Positions 63,929-64,000 of a DNA stretch of 64,000 nucleotides are shown piece by piece. Source of the DNA: Octopus bimaculoides (Eukaryota); contig NC_068982.1 of NCBI RefSeq assembly GCF_001194135.2, positions 115,777,824 to 115,841,823 of the forward strand, given 5' to 3'. A program made the position numbers and the translations under genes. Under the pieces are notes generated by a model. It made no database searches. It saw only the letters and a program-made list of their open reading frames with translations, and was not told where the DNA came from. How positions within the stretch are numbered: position 1 is the first letter of the stretch; every line of letters begins with the position of its first letter.

Positions 63929-64000
<72 letters not shown>

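Overview
AT-rich, microsatellite- and repeat-rich animal genomic DNA with several N gaps. The repeat families look like those of a coleoid cephalopod, probably Octopus (inference). Two convergent protein-coding genes were rebuilt by hand from GT-AG splice sites and reading-frame phase. (1) On the minus strand is a 15-exon XPR1 (SPX-EXS phosphate exporter), ATG at 47316 and stop at 16607; the 5' part of exon 10 falls in the gap at 25677-26621. (2) On the plus strand is the 3' end of an unidentified gene, five phase-0 exons (1-45 through 14491-14859) encoding an acidic/Pro-rich disordered tail. The introns hold many mobile elements: a Penelope-like element, R4/Dong, HERO, Tx1/L1, RTE, Jockey/CR1-like fragments, two mariner families, several tRNA-derived SINE families and a foldback element with a telomeric-repeat core. 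The most notable finding is a Penelope-like element whose terminal repeat combines a tRNA-like Pol III head with a minimal type I hammerhead ribozyme. Only the copy antisense to XPR1 keeps an intact catalytic core. Other observations are a CpG-rich 5' region, paired E-boxes and a uORF at the candidate XPR1 promoter, and a 20-bp direct repeat that splits a Tx1 ORF2. No database searches were run; family calls come from recognised motifs.
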